From contig JBEBGD010000070.1 in NCBI GenBank assembly GCA_040081625.1, forward strand, positions 1 through 28,742: a stretch of DNA of 28,742 nucleotides. Direction: 5' to 3'. This stretch comes from Chthoniobacteraceae bacterium (GTDB taxonomy: Bacteria > Verrucomicrobiota > Verrucomicrobiia > Chthoniobacterales > Chthoniobacteraceae). Of the stretch, positions 1 through 7,530 are shown piece by piece (the stretch's first letter is position 1; each line of letters starts with the position of its first letter). Position numbers and translations under genes: made by a program. The notes under the pieces were generated by a model that saw only the letters and a program-made list of their open reading frames with translations, did not search any database and was not told the origin of the DNA.

Positions 1-116
1 GCACAGGGCCGGCGCTCAAGACGGGATCATCTGCGCTCGCCAGCGACCCCGTCGTCGTCGTCACCGATCTCGCGCGCGGCTGGATCGGGCACGCTGCTTT
101 GATCCGCGAGAGCTAA

Positions 117-511
117 CTATGTTAGTTTTCTTTTAGATGCCGGGGCATTTTTTCCCGGCCCGCGCTCATACCACGGCCGTATCTTCGCCCCGCGCAAATC
201 GATCCCGTCGGTGAGCATCGCGAACGCCTCCGCTCGCGGCAAGAGCGGAGGCGCACCGATCTCCTCCGCTTGCGGCCACGCAAAGGTGCCCTGCTCGAGT
301 CGCTTGTTTATCACCCACAGACTGCTGCAGTCGAAGTAGAGCGCCTTCAGCCGTGTGCGCCGCTTGTTGATGAACACGAACAACCCGCCCGAGCGCACGT
401 CCTCGCGCAAGCGCTCACCCACCAGCGAGTGCAGCCCCTCGAAGCCCTTGCGCATATCGCACGGCTCGACCGCCAGGAACAAACCCGCAGGCTGCCGGCA
501 AAACTCAACAC
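117..511 (-). pseudogene. tnpB: IS66 accessory protein TnpB, frameshifted
   Basis: GTG at 511 overlaps the tnpA stop and gives VLSFAGSLRV. The frame changes near 480-484 into FLAVEPCDMRKGFEGL...LFVFINKRRTRLKALYFD...KRLEQGTFAWP...LTDGIDL...WYER, which are typical TnpB motifs. Confidence 0.85.
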
Positions 512-894
512 CGCCCGCCTCCGGCCACCAGCGCCCGCAGAAGTTCCGCCGCCAGCACCGCCTGCGCAGCATCGGCCACCTCCACGCGCGCCCCGCCCGG
601 CAGATGGACCACCAGCGCCCGCGACGCACCCCCGCTCGTGGCCTCCACGCTCGCCTCCACCCACTGCAAGGCTGCACGCCCGGAAGGGTTCACTGCATCG
701 GCTTCGCTCCGATCCTCCCGCCGCCTCCGGATCCACGAGGCGACCGTCGAAGCCTTCATCCCGATGTGTTGCGCAAACTTTGCCGCCGGCAGCCCGCTGC
801 GCTCAAACTCATCGAGCACCACCTCCCGCTGTTCTCGCGGCGTCCACACGCGCCCGCCCGCGTCCACTTTCAAAACTCGATCAACCTGAGTCAT
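505..894 (-). CDS. tnpA: IS66 accessory protein TnpA (helix-turn-helix)
   Basis: From ATG 894: ...REVVLDEFERSGLPAAKFAQHIGMKASTVASW... and C-terminal LVVHLPGGARVEV...LLRAL. It lies directly upstream of tnpB. Confidence 0.8.
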   Translation of the reverse strand: MTQVDRVLKVDAGGRVWTPREQREVVLDEFERSGLPAAKFAQHIGMKASTVASWIRRRREDRSEADAVNPSGRAALQWVEASVEATSGGASRALVVHLPGGARVEVADAAQAVLAAELLRALVAGGGRC

Positions 895-897
895 AGA

Positions 898-921
898 TTG
901 CGTAGCGTAACCGCTACGCAA
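898..921. repeat. Perfect 10-bp inverted repeat immediately upstream of the tnpA start
   Basis: TTGCGTAGCG-TAAC-CGCTACGCAA, ending 3 nt from the tnpA ATG at 894. Confidence 0.85.
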
Positions 922-941
922 CTTAAGACCACCACACCTCA

Positions 942-964
942 ACGGTGCGGGGCGTGACGCTCAC
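942..964 (-). repeat. Probable IS66 left terminal inverted repeat
   Basis: GTGAGCGTCACGCCCCGCACCGT on the minus strand. IS4-like coding sequence starts right outside it. The partner IR is not in the window. Confidence 0.6.
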
Positions 965-1200
965 AGTCGAACTGCACTTCGCGCAAATCAAGACCCTGCT
1001 CAGCCTGGACATCCTTCGCTGCAAACGCCCGGAGCAGATCGAGAAAGAAACCGCCATCCAACCTGATCGCCTACAACCTGGTGCGGCTCCTGATGCAGCG
1101 ATCCGCCGACGACTACAACGCGGAGCTGGCCCGGTTCAGCTTCAAAGGCACGCTGGACACGGTGCGGGACTTCGCCGCCGCAATCCACGCCGCCCGTGCG
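965..1200 (+). pseudogene. C-terminal fragment of an IS4-family DDE transposase, frameshifted
   Basis: VELHFAQIKTLLSLDILRCKRPEQIEKE, then a +1 frameshift near 1060 (ATC CAA C CTG), then LIAYNLVRLLMQRSA...RFSFKGTLDTVRDF. This matches the IS4 pattern RWxVExxFxxIK...LRCK.P...KE...AYNLVR...SFKG. The 3' boundary is approximate. Confidence 0.8.
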
Positions 1201-1279
1201 TGGCTTACTATCCTTCGTCGTTCTTTTCACTCTCCGCTTCTCCCGGTGGCCCCAGAACCGGGGCGAGCTTATTCGCGGG

Positions 1280-1307
1280 TTGCCGCACTGCCGGGCCCGC
1301 CTACGCT
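1280..1307 (+). promoter_or_regulatory. Candidate sigma70 promoter for a leaderless hyi transcript
   Basis: TTGCCG-16nt-TACGCT, with the -10 hexamer 6 nt before ATG 1314 and no Shine-Dalgarno. Confidence 0.4.
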
Positions 1308-1313
1308 GTGCGC

Positions 1314-2189
1314 ATGAACTCCCGCCGCTCGTTCCTTCACTCCGCTGGGGTCGCCGCCGCTGCGGCTGCGCTTGCTCCGCGTCTTTATGCTGCTGACATG
1401 AAAGGCCGCATCAACCACTCGGTCTGCAAATGGTGCTACCCGAAGATCGCGCTCGAAGACTTGTGCGTTGCGGGGAAGGGGATGGGCTTGCAGTCGATCG
1501 AACTGGTCGCGCCCGCCGACTTTCCGACGCTGAAAATGCATGGGCTGATTTGCGCGATCACGACCTTTCCGACAATCGAAGGGCCGGATGGAAAGAAGCT
1601 CGGGACCATTGAACGCGCGTTCAATCGCACCGGGCATCACGAACTGCTCGTCAAAGCCTACGAGCCGGCGATCGCCGCGGTCGCCGATGCGGGCTTCAAG
1701 CATCTCATCTGTTTCTCCGGCAATCGCGACGGCATGGACGAGGAGACCGGGCTGAAGAATTGCGCCGAGGGCCTTAAGAAACTGCTCCCGCTCGCGGAGA
1801 AGCGCGGCGTCGTTCTCGTGATGGAACTGCTCAACAGCCGCGTGAATCACAAGGACTACATGTGCGACAAGAGCGCTTGGGGCATCGAACTCGTGAAGCG
1901 CATCGGCTCGGCGAACTTCAAGCTGCTCTACGACATCTACCATATGCAGATCATGGAAGGCGACGTGATCGCTACGATTCGGCGCGATCATCAATACTTC
2001 GCGCACTACCACACCGGCGGCGTGCCGGGGCGGCATGAGATCGACGAGACCCAGGAGCTGCAATACCCGGCGATCATGCGTGCGATCGTCGAGACGGGAT
2101 TCAAGGGCCACGTCGCGCAGGAATTCATCCCCGCGAGGCCCGACGCACTCGCGTCGCTTCGACAGGCGGTTGGTATTTGCGACGTGTGA
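1314..2189 (+). CDS. Hydroxypyruvate isomerase / xylose-isomerase-like TIM-barrel protein with Tat signal
   Basis: The start is ATG 1314, since upstream in-frame sequence is IS4 debris. MNSRRSFL is a twin-arginine signal. Motifs: HSVCKWC, ICFSGNR, MELLNS, LLYDIYHMQIMEGD, HYHTGGVPGRHE, QEFIP. Confidence 0.85.
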   Translation: MNSRRSFLHSAGVAAAAAALAPRLYAADMKGRINHSVCKWCYPKIALEDLCVAGKGMGLQSIELVAPADFPTLKMHGLICAITTFPTIEGPDGKKLGTIERAFNRTGHHELLVKAYEPAIAAVADAGFKHLICFSGNRDGMDEETGLKNCAEGLKKLLPLAEKRGVVLVMELLNSRVNHKDYMCDKSAWGIELVKRIGSANFKLLYDIYHMQIMEGDVIATIRRDHQYFAHYHTGGVPGRHEIDETQELQYPAIMRAIVETGFKGHVAQEFIPARPDALASLRQAVGICDV

Positions 2190-2458
2190 GCAAACCCGCA
2201 CCCGAAACCTGTCCCGTCTGCGGTGAAGACGTGCCGCGCAACGCGCTCGCCTGCCCCGAGTGTGGCGCCGATCACAACTCCGGCTGGCGCGAGGATGCCG
2301 ACTCCGTCGACGTGAGCGGCAGTGACTTTGACTACGACCAATTCGTTGCGAACGAGTTCGGCACTTCGCCAAAACCGGCGGGCATCAAGCCGCTTTGGTG
2401 GGTCGTCGCGATATTCGTTCTTGTCGCTTTCGTGCTCCTTTACGTCGTCAGGGGATAA
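2186..2458 (+). CDS. Small zinc-ribbon protein with C-terminal membrane anchor
   Basis: GTG 2186 overlaps the upstream stop (GTGA). It has CPVC...CPEC, an acidic linker and a hydrophobic tail LWWVVAIFVLVAFVLLYVV. Confidence 0.8.
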   Translation: MSKPAPETCPVCGEDVPRNALACPECGADHNSGWREDADSVDVSGSDFDYDQFVANEFGTSPKPAGIKPLWWVVAIFVLVAFVLLYVVRG

Positions 2459-4283
2459 CCGGCAGCACGATGTGCGACGGATGCTCGCGATCGTGGACGA
2501 TCGTGTTCACCGCGGTCACGACGCGGCGGTGATCGTTGAGCGGTTCGCCGGTGTTTGGGTTTACGTCGAATCGCGGGAAGTTGGAAGATGAAATATCCAC
2601 GCGGATGCGGTGACCTTTCTTGAAGACGTTCGACGTCGGATAGAGCCGGATCGTGAAGGGATACGTCGTGCCGGGCTCCATCAGCTTTTCCGTCTTGTCG
2701 GAGTCGCGGAAGCGCGCGCGAACGATGCCGTCGCCGATGTTGAGGTCGAACCCGCCGTGCCAGTCCGCGCTCGCGGGATACACGTCGATGAGCTTCGCGG
2801 TGAAGTCGGTGTCAGTCGCCGAGGATGACGCCCACACCTTCACTTCGATCTCGCCCGTCACCTCGATTTCGTGTTCGAGCGGTTCGCTTTGGAAAACGAC
2901 GATGTCGTTTCGTGAGGAGAGCGGCAGCGGGAGTGTCCAGTTCCAGATGTCCGGCCCGCCGCGCTGATCCCGCGCGCCTTGCAGCATGATGCCGTCGCCG
3001 CTGGAGATGTTTCCGCCGATCGTCGGCACCGGGTTGCGCGGGTCGAAGGTGAAGCTTGTCGCGCTCTTTGCGCGCGCCGGTTTGCTCATCGAGAGCGCTC
3101 CGCCTTCGCCGAAATAGTAAGGCGTCCGCTTCTCCCGCGCGAGCGGCCACTCGCGCTCGTCGCGCCACGATCCGCCGTGATTCAGCAAGCCCTTGTCCGT
3201 CTTGCGCCCGTCGCCGGTGCCCATCACGAAGACGCGCACCTTCGTCGCGAACGGCGCAGCTTTTCCGACTGAGTTTTCCACGCCCTTGAGCCAGTGGTCA
3301 TACCACTCGAGCCGCCACGCGAGCTCGTCGGCGATCGCGGCGTCCTTGCCAAAATCGACGTGCCCGTGCGCCGACTTCGACTGCTGCCCGTGAATCCACG
3401 GCCCCATGATGAGATACACCGGGCTCTTCAGCGTTTTCGTCAGCGCCGCGAAATTCGCCGTCGTATTCCCCGCCCATGAGTCATACCAGCCGCCGACGAG
3501 ATACACCGGGATGTCTTTATATTGCGCCGGGTTCGCGAGGATGTTGTTCTGCTTCCAGAAGTCATCGTTCGCTCCGTGGCGCATCGCATCGACCAGCCAC
3601 TCCTCATACTCCGGCGCGAATTTCAGCGGCGTCGTCCCGCGCCGCAGCGGCAGATTGAAAAGGTAGTTCGTCCGCTCCTTTGCCATGGCCCCGAGCATCG
3701 CCGCCGTCGCCGGATCGTGCGAAGCGCGGCTGCCCTTGCCCGCATTCAGCATGATCCAATTCCAAAACCGCAACTCGAACGCGCCCGCGTTGCGCATCGA
3801 CTGCCGGCCGGGATTCGACACCGCATCGACGGGGATCACCGTCATCAATTCCGGCGTCCTCTCCAACGCCATCGCGTGCTGCGTGCCGCCGACGTAAGAC
3901 GTGCCGATCATCCCGATCTTCCCATTTGACCAGGGCTGCGCGCCGATCCACGCCGCGCAATCGAAGCCATCGCGCCCGTCGTCGGTCATCATGTGCCACA
4001 CGCCTTCGCTGCCGAACCGCCCGCGCGTGTCCTGCGCGACGAAGACGTAGCCGTGCGCCGCGTAGTATTCGCCGTGCTTCTTCGCGCCGTCTTTCTTGTA
4101 AGGCGAGCGCGTGAGGATGACCGGAAACTTTCCCTCGCCTAGCGGGAGATAAACGTCGGTCGCCAGTTTGATGCCGTCGCGCATCGGCACCATCAGGTCG
4201 GTTTGGACGACGATTTTGTCCGCGCCGAGACATGGTTGAAGCGCGAGCGCGACGAGAATGAGGGAGCGCGGGAGAAAGTTCAC
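2448..4283 (-). CDS. CocE/NonD family serine hydrolase (alpha/beta fold), probably secreted
   Basis: VPMRDGIKLATDVYLP, QDTRGRFGSEG, nucleophile GTSYVGG, GGWYD, GPWIHG, ISSSNFPRFDVNPNTG. The likely start is GTG 4283, followed by a signal-like segment. Confidence 0.9.
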   Translation of the reverse strand: MNFLPRSLILVALALQPCLGADKIVVQTDLMVPMRDGIKLATDVYLPLGEGKFPVILTRSPYKKDGAKKHGEYYAAHGYVFVAQDTRGRFGSEGVWHMMTDDGRDGFDCAAWIGAQPWSNGKIGMIGTSYVGGTQHAMALERTPELMTVIPVDAVSNPGRQSMRNAGAFELRFWNWIMLNAGKGSRASHDPATAAMLGAMAKERTNYLFNLPLRRGTTPLKFAPEYEEWLVDAMRHGANDDFWKQNNILANPAQYKDIPVYLVGGWYDSWAGNTTANFAALTKTLKSPVYLIMGPWIHGQQSKSAHGHVDFGKDAAIADELAWRLEWYDHWLKGVENSVGKAAPFATKVRVFVMGTGDGRKTDKGLLNHGGSWRDEREWPLAREKRTPYYFGEGGALSMSKPARAKSATSFTFDPRNPVPTIGGNISSGDGIMLQGARDQRGGPDIWNWTLPLPLSSRNDIVVFQSEPLEHEIEVTGEIEVKVWASSSATDTDFTAKLIDVYPASADWHGGFDLNIGDGIVRARFRDSDKTEKLMEPGTTYPFTIRLYPTSNVFKKGHRIRVDISSSNFPRFDVNPNTGEPLNDHRRVVTAVNTIVHDREHPSHIVLPVIP

Positions 4284-4346
4284 GCGCTTCGTTTGAGCCA
4301 CCGCGCGGGTTGCGGCCATCACGAAGTGCGGCACGATGGCGGCGCC

Positions 4347-5369
4347 TTGCTCCGCTCACTCAAAGTCCGTCACTTCCGCTGCTTCGATTCGTTCGAGACC
4401 GAGTTTGCCGACGGACTGAACTTCATCGTCGGTCCGAACGCGCGCGGGAAGACCTCGCTGCTCGAGGCTGCGTGCGTTCTGCTGCGGCTGCAAAGCCCGC
4501 GCGTGACGCGGCTCGCGCCGATCGTGCAGCATGGGCGGCGCGGGTTCGTCGTCGATGGGCGTGTGGATGAGCGGCACCTCCAGTTTTATTTCAGCAAGGA
4601 GCGCAAGAAGCTCGCGCTCGACTCCGTGCAGCAGACGACCGCGCACGAGTATCTCCAGCTTGGCCGCGTCGTGTGGTTCGCGACGGCGGACATCGACCTC
4701 ACACGCGGCGCATCCGAGCTGCGGCGGCGCTTTCTCGACTTCGTGTGCGTGCAGCGCGAGTCCGGCTACCGGACCGTGCTGCGCGAATACGAGCGTGCGC
4801 TGCGCTCGCGCAATCTGCTGCTGAAGAAGTCGTCGCCGCCATGGCGCGAAATCCACGCCTTCGACGCGCCGCTGCTCGAGTCCGGCCAGCGCTTGATCGA
4901 TGCACGCGCGCGATTGTGCGACGAACTCCAGGCGCCCGCCGCGGCGATGCACGGCGCGATCAGCGAAGCGAAAGAGCATCTCCACATCGAATACAGCCGC
5001 GGAGCGGGCGAGGACTTCGTCTCCGCGCTCGCCGACTCGCGCGACGCCGATGCGCGTCTTCGCCAGACGACCGTCGGCCCACACCGCGATGACCTCGCGT
5101 TTTCGCTGAATGAGGTCACCGCCGACCACGCGAGCGAAGGCCAGCAACGCACGCTCGTGCTGGCGCTGAAGCTCGGCGCGGCGCATCTGCTCGCGGCGCA
5201 CTTCGACGCGCCGCCGTTGCTGCTCATCGACGACGTCTTCGGTGAACTCGATCTGCGTCGCCGCAACGCGCTGCTCGCCGCGTTGCCGAAGTCCGCGCAG
5301 AAGATCGTGACGACCACGCATCTCGACTGGCTCGGCGAAGAGCACGCGCATCACGTGCTGCGGCTGTAG
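4347..5369 (+). CDS. recF: DNA replication and repair protein RecF
   Basis: Probable TTG start at 4347 (LLRSLKVRHFRCF). Walker A GPNARGKT, RRRFLD, GPHRDD, SEGQQR and Walker B LLIDDVFGELD are present. Confidence 0.92.
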   Translation: MLRSLKVRHFRCFDSFETEFADGLNFIVGPNARGKTSLLEAACVLLRLQSPRVTRLAPIVQHGRRGFVVDGRVDERHLQFYFSKERKKLALDSVQQTTAHEYLQLGRVVWFATADIDLTRGASELRRRFLDFVCVQRESGYRTVLREYERALRSRNLLLKKSSPPWREIHAFDAPLLESGQRLIDARARLCDELQAPAAAMHGAISEAKEHLHIEYSRGAGEDFVSALADSRDADARLRQTTVGPHRDDLAFSLNEVTADHASEGQQRTLVLALKLGAAHLLAAHFDAPPLLLIDDVFGELDLRRRNALLAALPKSAQKIVTTTHLDWLGEEHAHHVLRL

Positions 5370-5397
5370 CCAGGTCACCACGAGCATTTCCACTCCC

Positions 5398-6720
5398 ATG
5401 AACGCCCCCGCTACAACGACGCACTATCGCTGGGTCATCTGCGCGCTGCTCTTCTTTGCCGCGACGATCAACTACATCGACCGGCAGATCATCGGCATCC
5501 TCAAGCCGACTCTGCAGGAGCTTTTCCAGTTCGATGAGCGCGCCTACGCGGCGATCGTGTTCAGCTTTCAGGCGGCCTATGCGCTCGGGTTGCTCTTCGC
5601 GGGGCGCGTCATGGATCGTGTCGGAGTGCGGCGCGGCTTTGCGCTTGCAGTCATCGTCTGGAGTATCGGGGCGATGATGCATGCGGCGGCGGATTGGTTT
5701 CCGTCGCTGAGGCTGCCGACGGTCTCGATCGATCCGGCGGCTATCGTGCTGCTCGGCGGCGCGACTGCGGGCTTCGCTCTCTCGCGACTTGTGCTCGGGC
5801 TTGGCGAGGCGGGAAATTTTCCGGCGTCGATCAAGACGGTCGCCGAATGGTTTCCGAAACGGGAGCGCGCGCTGGCGACGGGTATTTTCAATTCCGGGAC
5901 GAACGTCGGTGCGCTGCTCACGCCCATCCTCGTGCCGTGGATCACGCTGCGCTGGGGCTGGCAATGGGCCTTTCTCTCCACCGGGCTGGTCGGTTTCGTG
6001 TGGGTCGCGTGGTGGTTGAAATCGTATCGCCCGCCGGAGCAGCACCCGCGCGTATCCGCCGCCGAACTCGCGCACATCCAAAGCGACCCCGCCGAGCCGA
6101 CCGAGAGCATCCCGTGGCGCCGCCTTTTTCCGCTCCGGCAGACGTGGGCTTTCGCGGTGGGCAAGTTCATGTCGGACCCGATTTGGTGGCTCTACCTTTT
6201 CTGGGTGCCGGATTTTCTCAAGCGCAATCACGGGCTCGACCTCAAGACGATGGGTCTGCCGCTGGTGACGATCTATCTCGTGGCCGATGTGGGCAGCATC
6301 GGAGGCGGGTGGATTTCCTCTCACTTGCTTAAGCGCGGATGGACGCCGAACGCTGCGCGCAAGACCGCGATGCTCGTCTGCGCGCTCGCGGTGGTGCCCA
6401 TCGTTTTCGCCGCAAAGGCCTCGAACCTATGGCTCGCGGTCGGCCTCGTGTCGCTTGCCGCCGCGGCGCATCAGGGCTGGTCGGCGAATCTTTTCACGCT
6501 CACGTCCGATATGTTTCCGAAGCGCGCCGTCGGCTCCGTCGTCGGCATCGGCGGGATGGCGGGCTCGATCGGTGGCATGCTCATCGCGCTGGTCGTCGGC
6601 GAGATTTTGCAGACCACCGGCAGCTATGTGCCGATCTTCATCATCGCTGGGTCGGCCTATCTCGCGGCTCTGCTTCTCATTCAACTCCTCGCGCCGAAGC
6701 TGGCGCCGGCGAGACTGTGA
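5398..6720 (+). CDS. exuT: MFS transporter, ExuT-like hexuronate transporter (ACS family)
   Basis: RWVICALLFFAATINYIDRQ, LGLGEAGNFPASIKTVAEWFPKRERALATGIFNSGTNVGA, DPIWWLYLFW, AHQGWSAN, with about 12 hydrophobic segments. Confidence 0.85.
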   Translation: MNAPATTTHYRWVICALLFFAATINYIDRQIIGILKPTLQELFQFDERAYAAIVFSFQAAYALGLLFAGRVMDRVGVRRGFALAVIVWSIGAMMHAAADWFPSLRLPTVSIDPAAIVLLGGATAGFALSRLVLGLGEAGNFPASIKTVAEWFPKRERALATGIFNSGTNVGALLTPILVPWITLRWGWQWAFLSTGLVGFVWVAWWLKSYRPPEQHPRVSAAELAHIQSDPAEPTESIPWRRLFPLRQTWAFAVGKFMSDPIWWLYLFWVPDFLKRNHGLDLKTMGLPLVTIYLVADVGSIGGGWISSHLLKRGWTPNAARKTAMLVCALAVVPIVFAAKASNLWLAVGLVSLAAAAHQGWSANLFTLTSDMFPKRAVGSVVGIGGMAGSIGGMLIALVVGEILQTTGSYVPIFIIAGSAYLAALLLIQLLAPKLAPARL

Positions 6721-6775
6721 GTGCGTTGCTGCTTGTGATGCGGGGCGTGCTGGAAAATGCTGCCGCGAGAACGGA

Positions 6776-7411
6776 TCAGCATCCATGAACCCGCGACTCC
6801 TCATCAACTCCACGCTCGGGATTGCCTGCCTCATTTCCACGACGGCGTGCCAGACCCGCACGCAGGACGCGTCGATCGCGTCGCGAGCGGACCTGGAACG
6901 ACAGCTCGCCGATTCGCGCGAACTCGTGAGCCGATACGAAAAGCGCTACGGCAAGCTGCTGCCGAGCCGGCCTGCGCACGATCTGCGCAAGCTGCGAGTG
7001 CAGTTGAAGGGCAAGCCGGCGAGCGCGGTGGTCGCGCTGCTCGGCAAGCCTGCGAAGGTGTTCACGACTGGAACGAGCGAGTCGTGGGACTACGTGAACG
7101 TGGCCTACGATTCGGCCTCCGGCCGCACGGTGCGCACACTTGAGATCTGGCTCAGGGGCGGCGTGGTCGAATACATGAACGCATCGTATTGATGCGGCTC
7201 GTCGCGCCTTTCTCGTGATCTTGAATGCGGTCGAGAAGAGGAAGCCGACGACGGCACCAGCCGCGCCGGTGAGGAAGATGACGAGCGCCTGCGACATCCG
7301 GATTGACCAGACGAGGAAGCGGACTTCGACGACCGTCGCATTCTGCGTGGCGAAGACGATGCCGCAGACGAGCAGGAACGCGCCGAGCAGTAGTTTGATT
7401 TTGGTAGTCAT
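6776..7411 (-). CDS. LapA-family (DUF1049-like) small membrane protein; the ORF extends far past the expected end near 7200
   Basis: The first 69 aa are TM-IVFATQNATVVEVRFLVW-TM with a basic tail, the LapA-domain pattern. The remainder looks like antisense read-through. Confidence 0.7.
   Translation of the reverse strand: MTTKIKLLLGAFLLVCGIVFATQNATVVEVRFLVWSIRMSQALVIFLTGAAGAVVGFLFSTAFKITRKARRAASIRCVHVFDHAAPEPDLKCAHRAAGGRIVGHVHVVPRLARSSREHLRRLAEQRDHRARRLALQLHSQLAQIVRRPARQQLAVALFVSAHEFARIGELSFQVRSRRDRRVLRAGLARRRGNEAGNPERGVDEESRVHGC
6785..7192 (+). CDS. Hypothetical lipoprotein, possibly with an SmpA/OmlA-like domain
   Basis: ATG 6785, a signal ending in TTAC (lipobox-like), a short coiled coil, then KGKPASAVVALLGKP...ESWDY. 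Confidence 0.65.
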   Translation: MNPRLLINSTLGIACLISTTACQTRTQDASIASRADLERQLADSRELVSRYEKRYGKLLPSRPAHDLRKLRVQLKGKPASAVVALLGKPAKVFTTGTSESWDYVNVAYDSASGRTVRTLEIWLRGGVVEYMNASY

Positions 7412-7530
7412 GGGTTCGTGCGTTTCACGTCAGGCTGGCGGCTTCGCGCCCGGCAGTCAAAGCCGCCGGATCTGAATCGTCGGGTTTGCGCAGGCGCGGT
7501 GCGTTCTGGCAGAGTAGGGTTCGACTGCCA

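Larger units (their letters stand above)
117..964 (-). mobile_element. Truncated IS66-family element (left IR, tnpA, frameshifted tnpB; tnpC and right IR absent)
   Basis: The minus strand from 964 reads GTGAGCGTCACGCCCCGCACCGT, resembling IS66 GTAAGCG termini. It is followed by overlapping tnpA- and tnpB-like frames. No TnpC-like ORF follows tnpB. Confidence 0.8.

Noticed and set aside
100..127. CTATGTTAGTT resembling a XerD arm of dif, or CTAAC/GTTAG resembling attC core sites
   Set aside because: There is no adequate XerC arm at 6-nt spacing. The inverted repeat has only a 3-nt spacer, far too short for attC, and no integrase is nearby.
139..159. GCCGGG/CCCGGC hairpin beside T-rich sequence
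   Set aside because: No U tract follows the stem on either strand, so it is not a convincing intrinsic terminator.
478..486. tnpB frameshift as programmed frameshifting
   Set aside because: There is no canonical slippery heptamer, and IS66 tnpB is not known to need one. Decay or a sequencing error is more likely.
945..2189. 414-aa ORF suggesting a transposase-isomerase fusion
   Set aside because: The upstream part is IS66 terminus and frameshifted IS4 debris that happens to be in frame. The Tat signal marks the real start at 1314.
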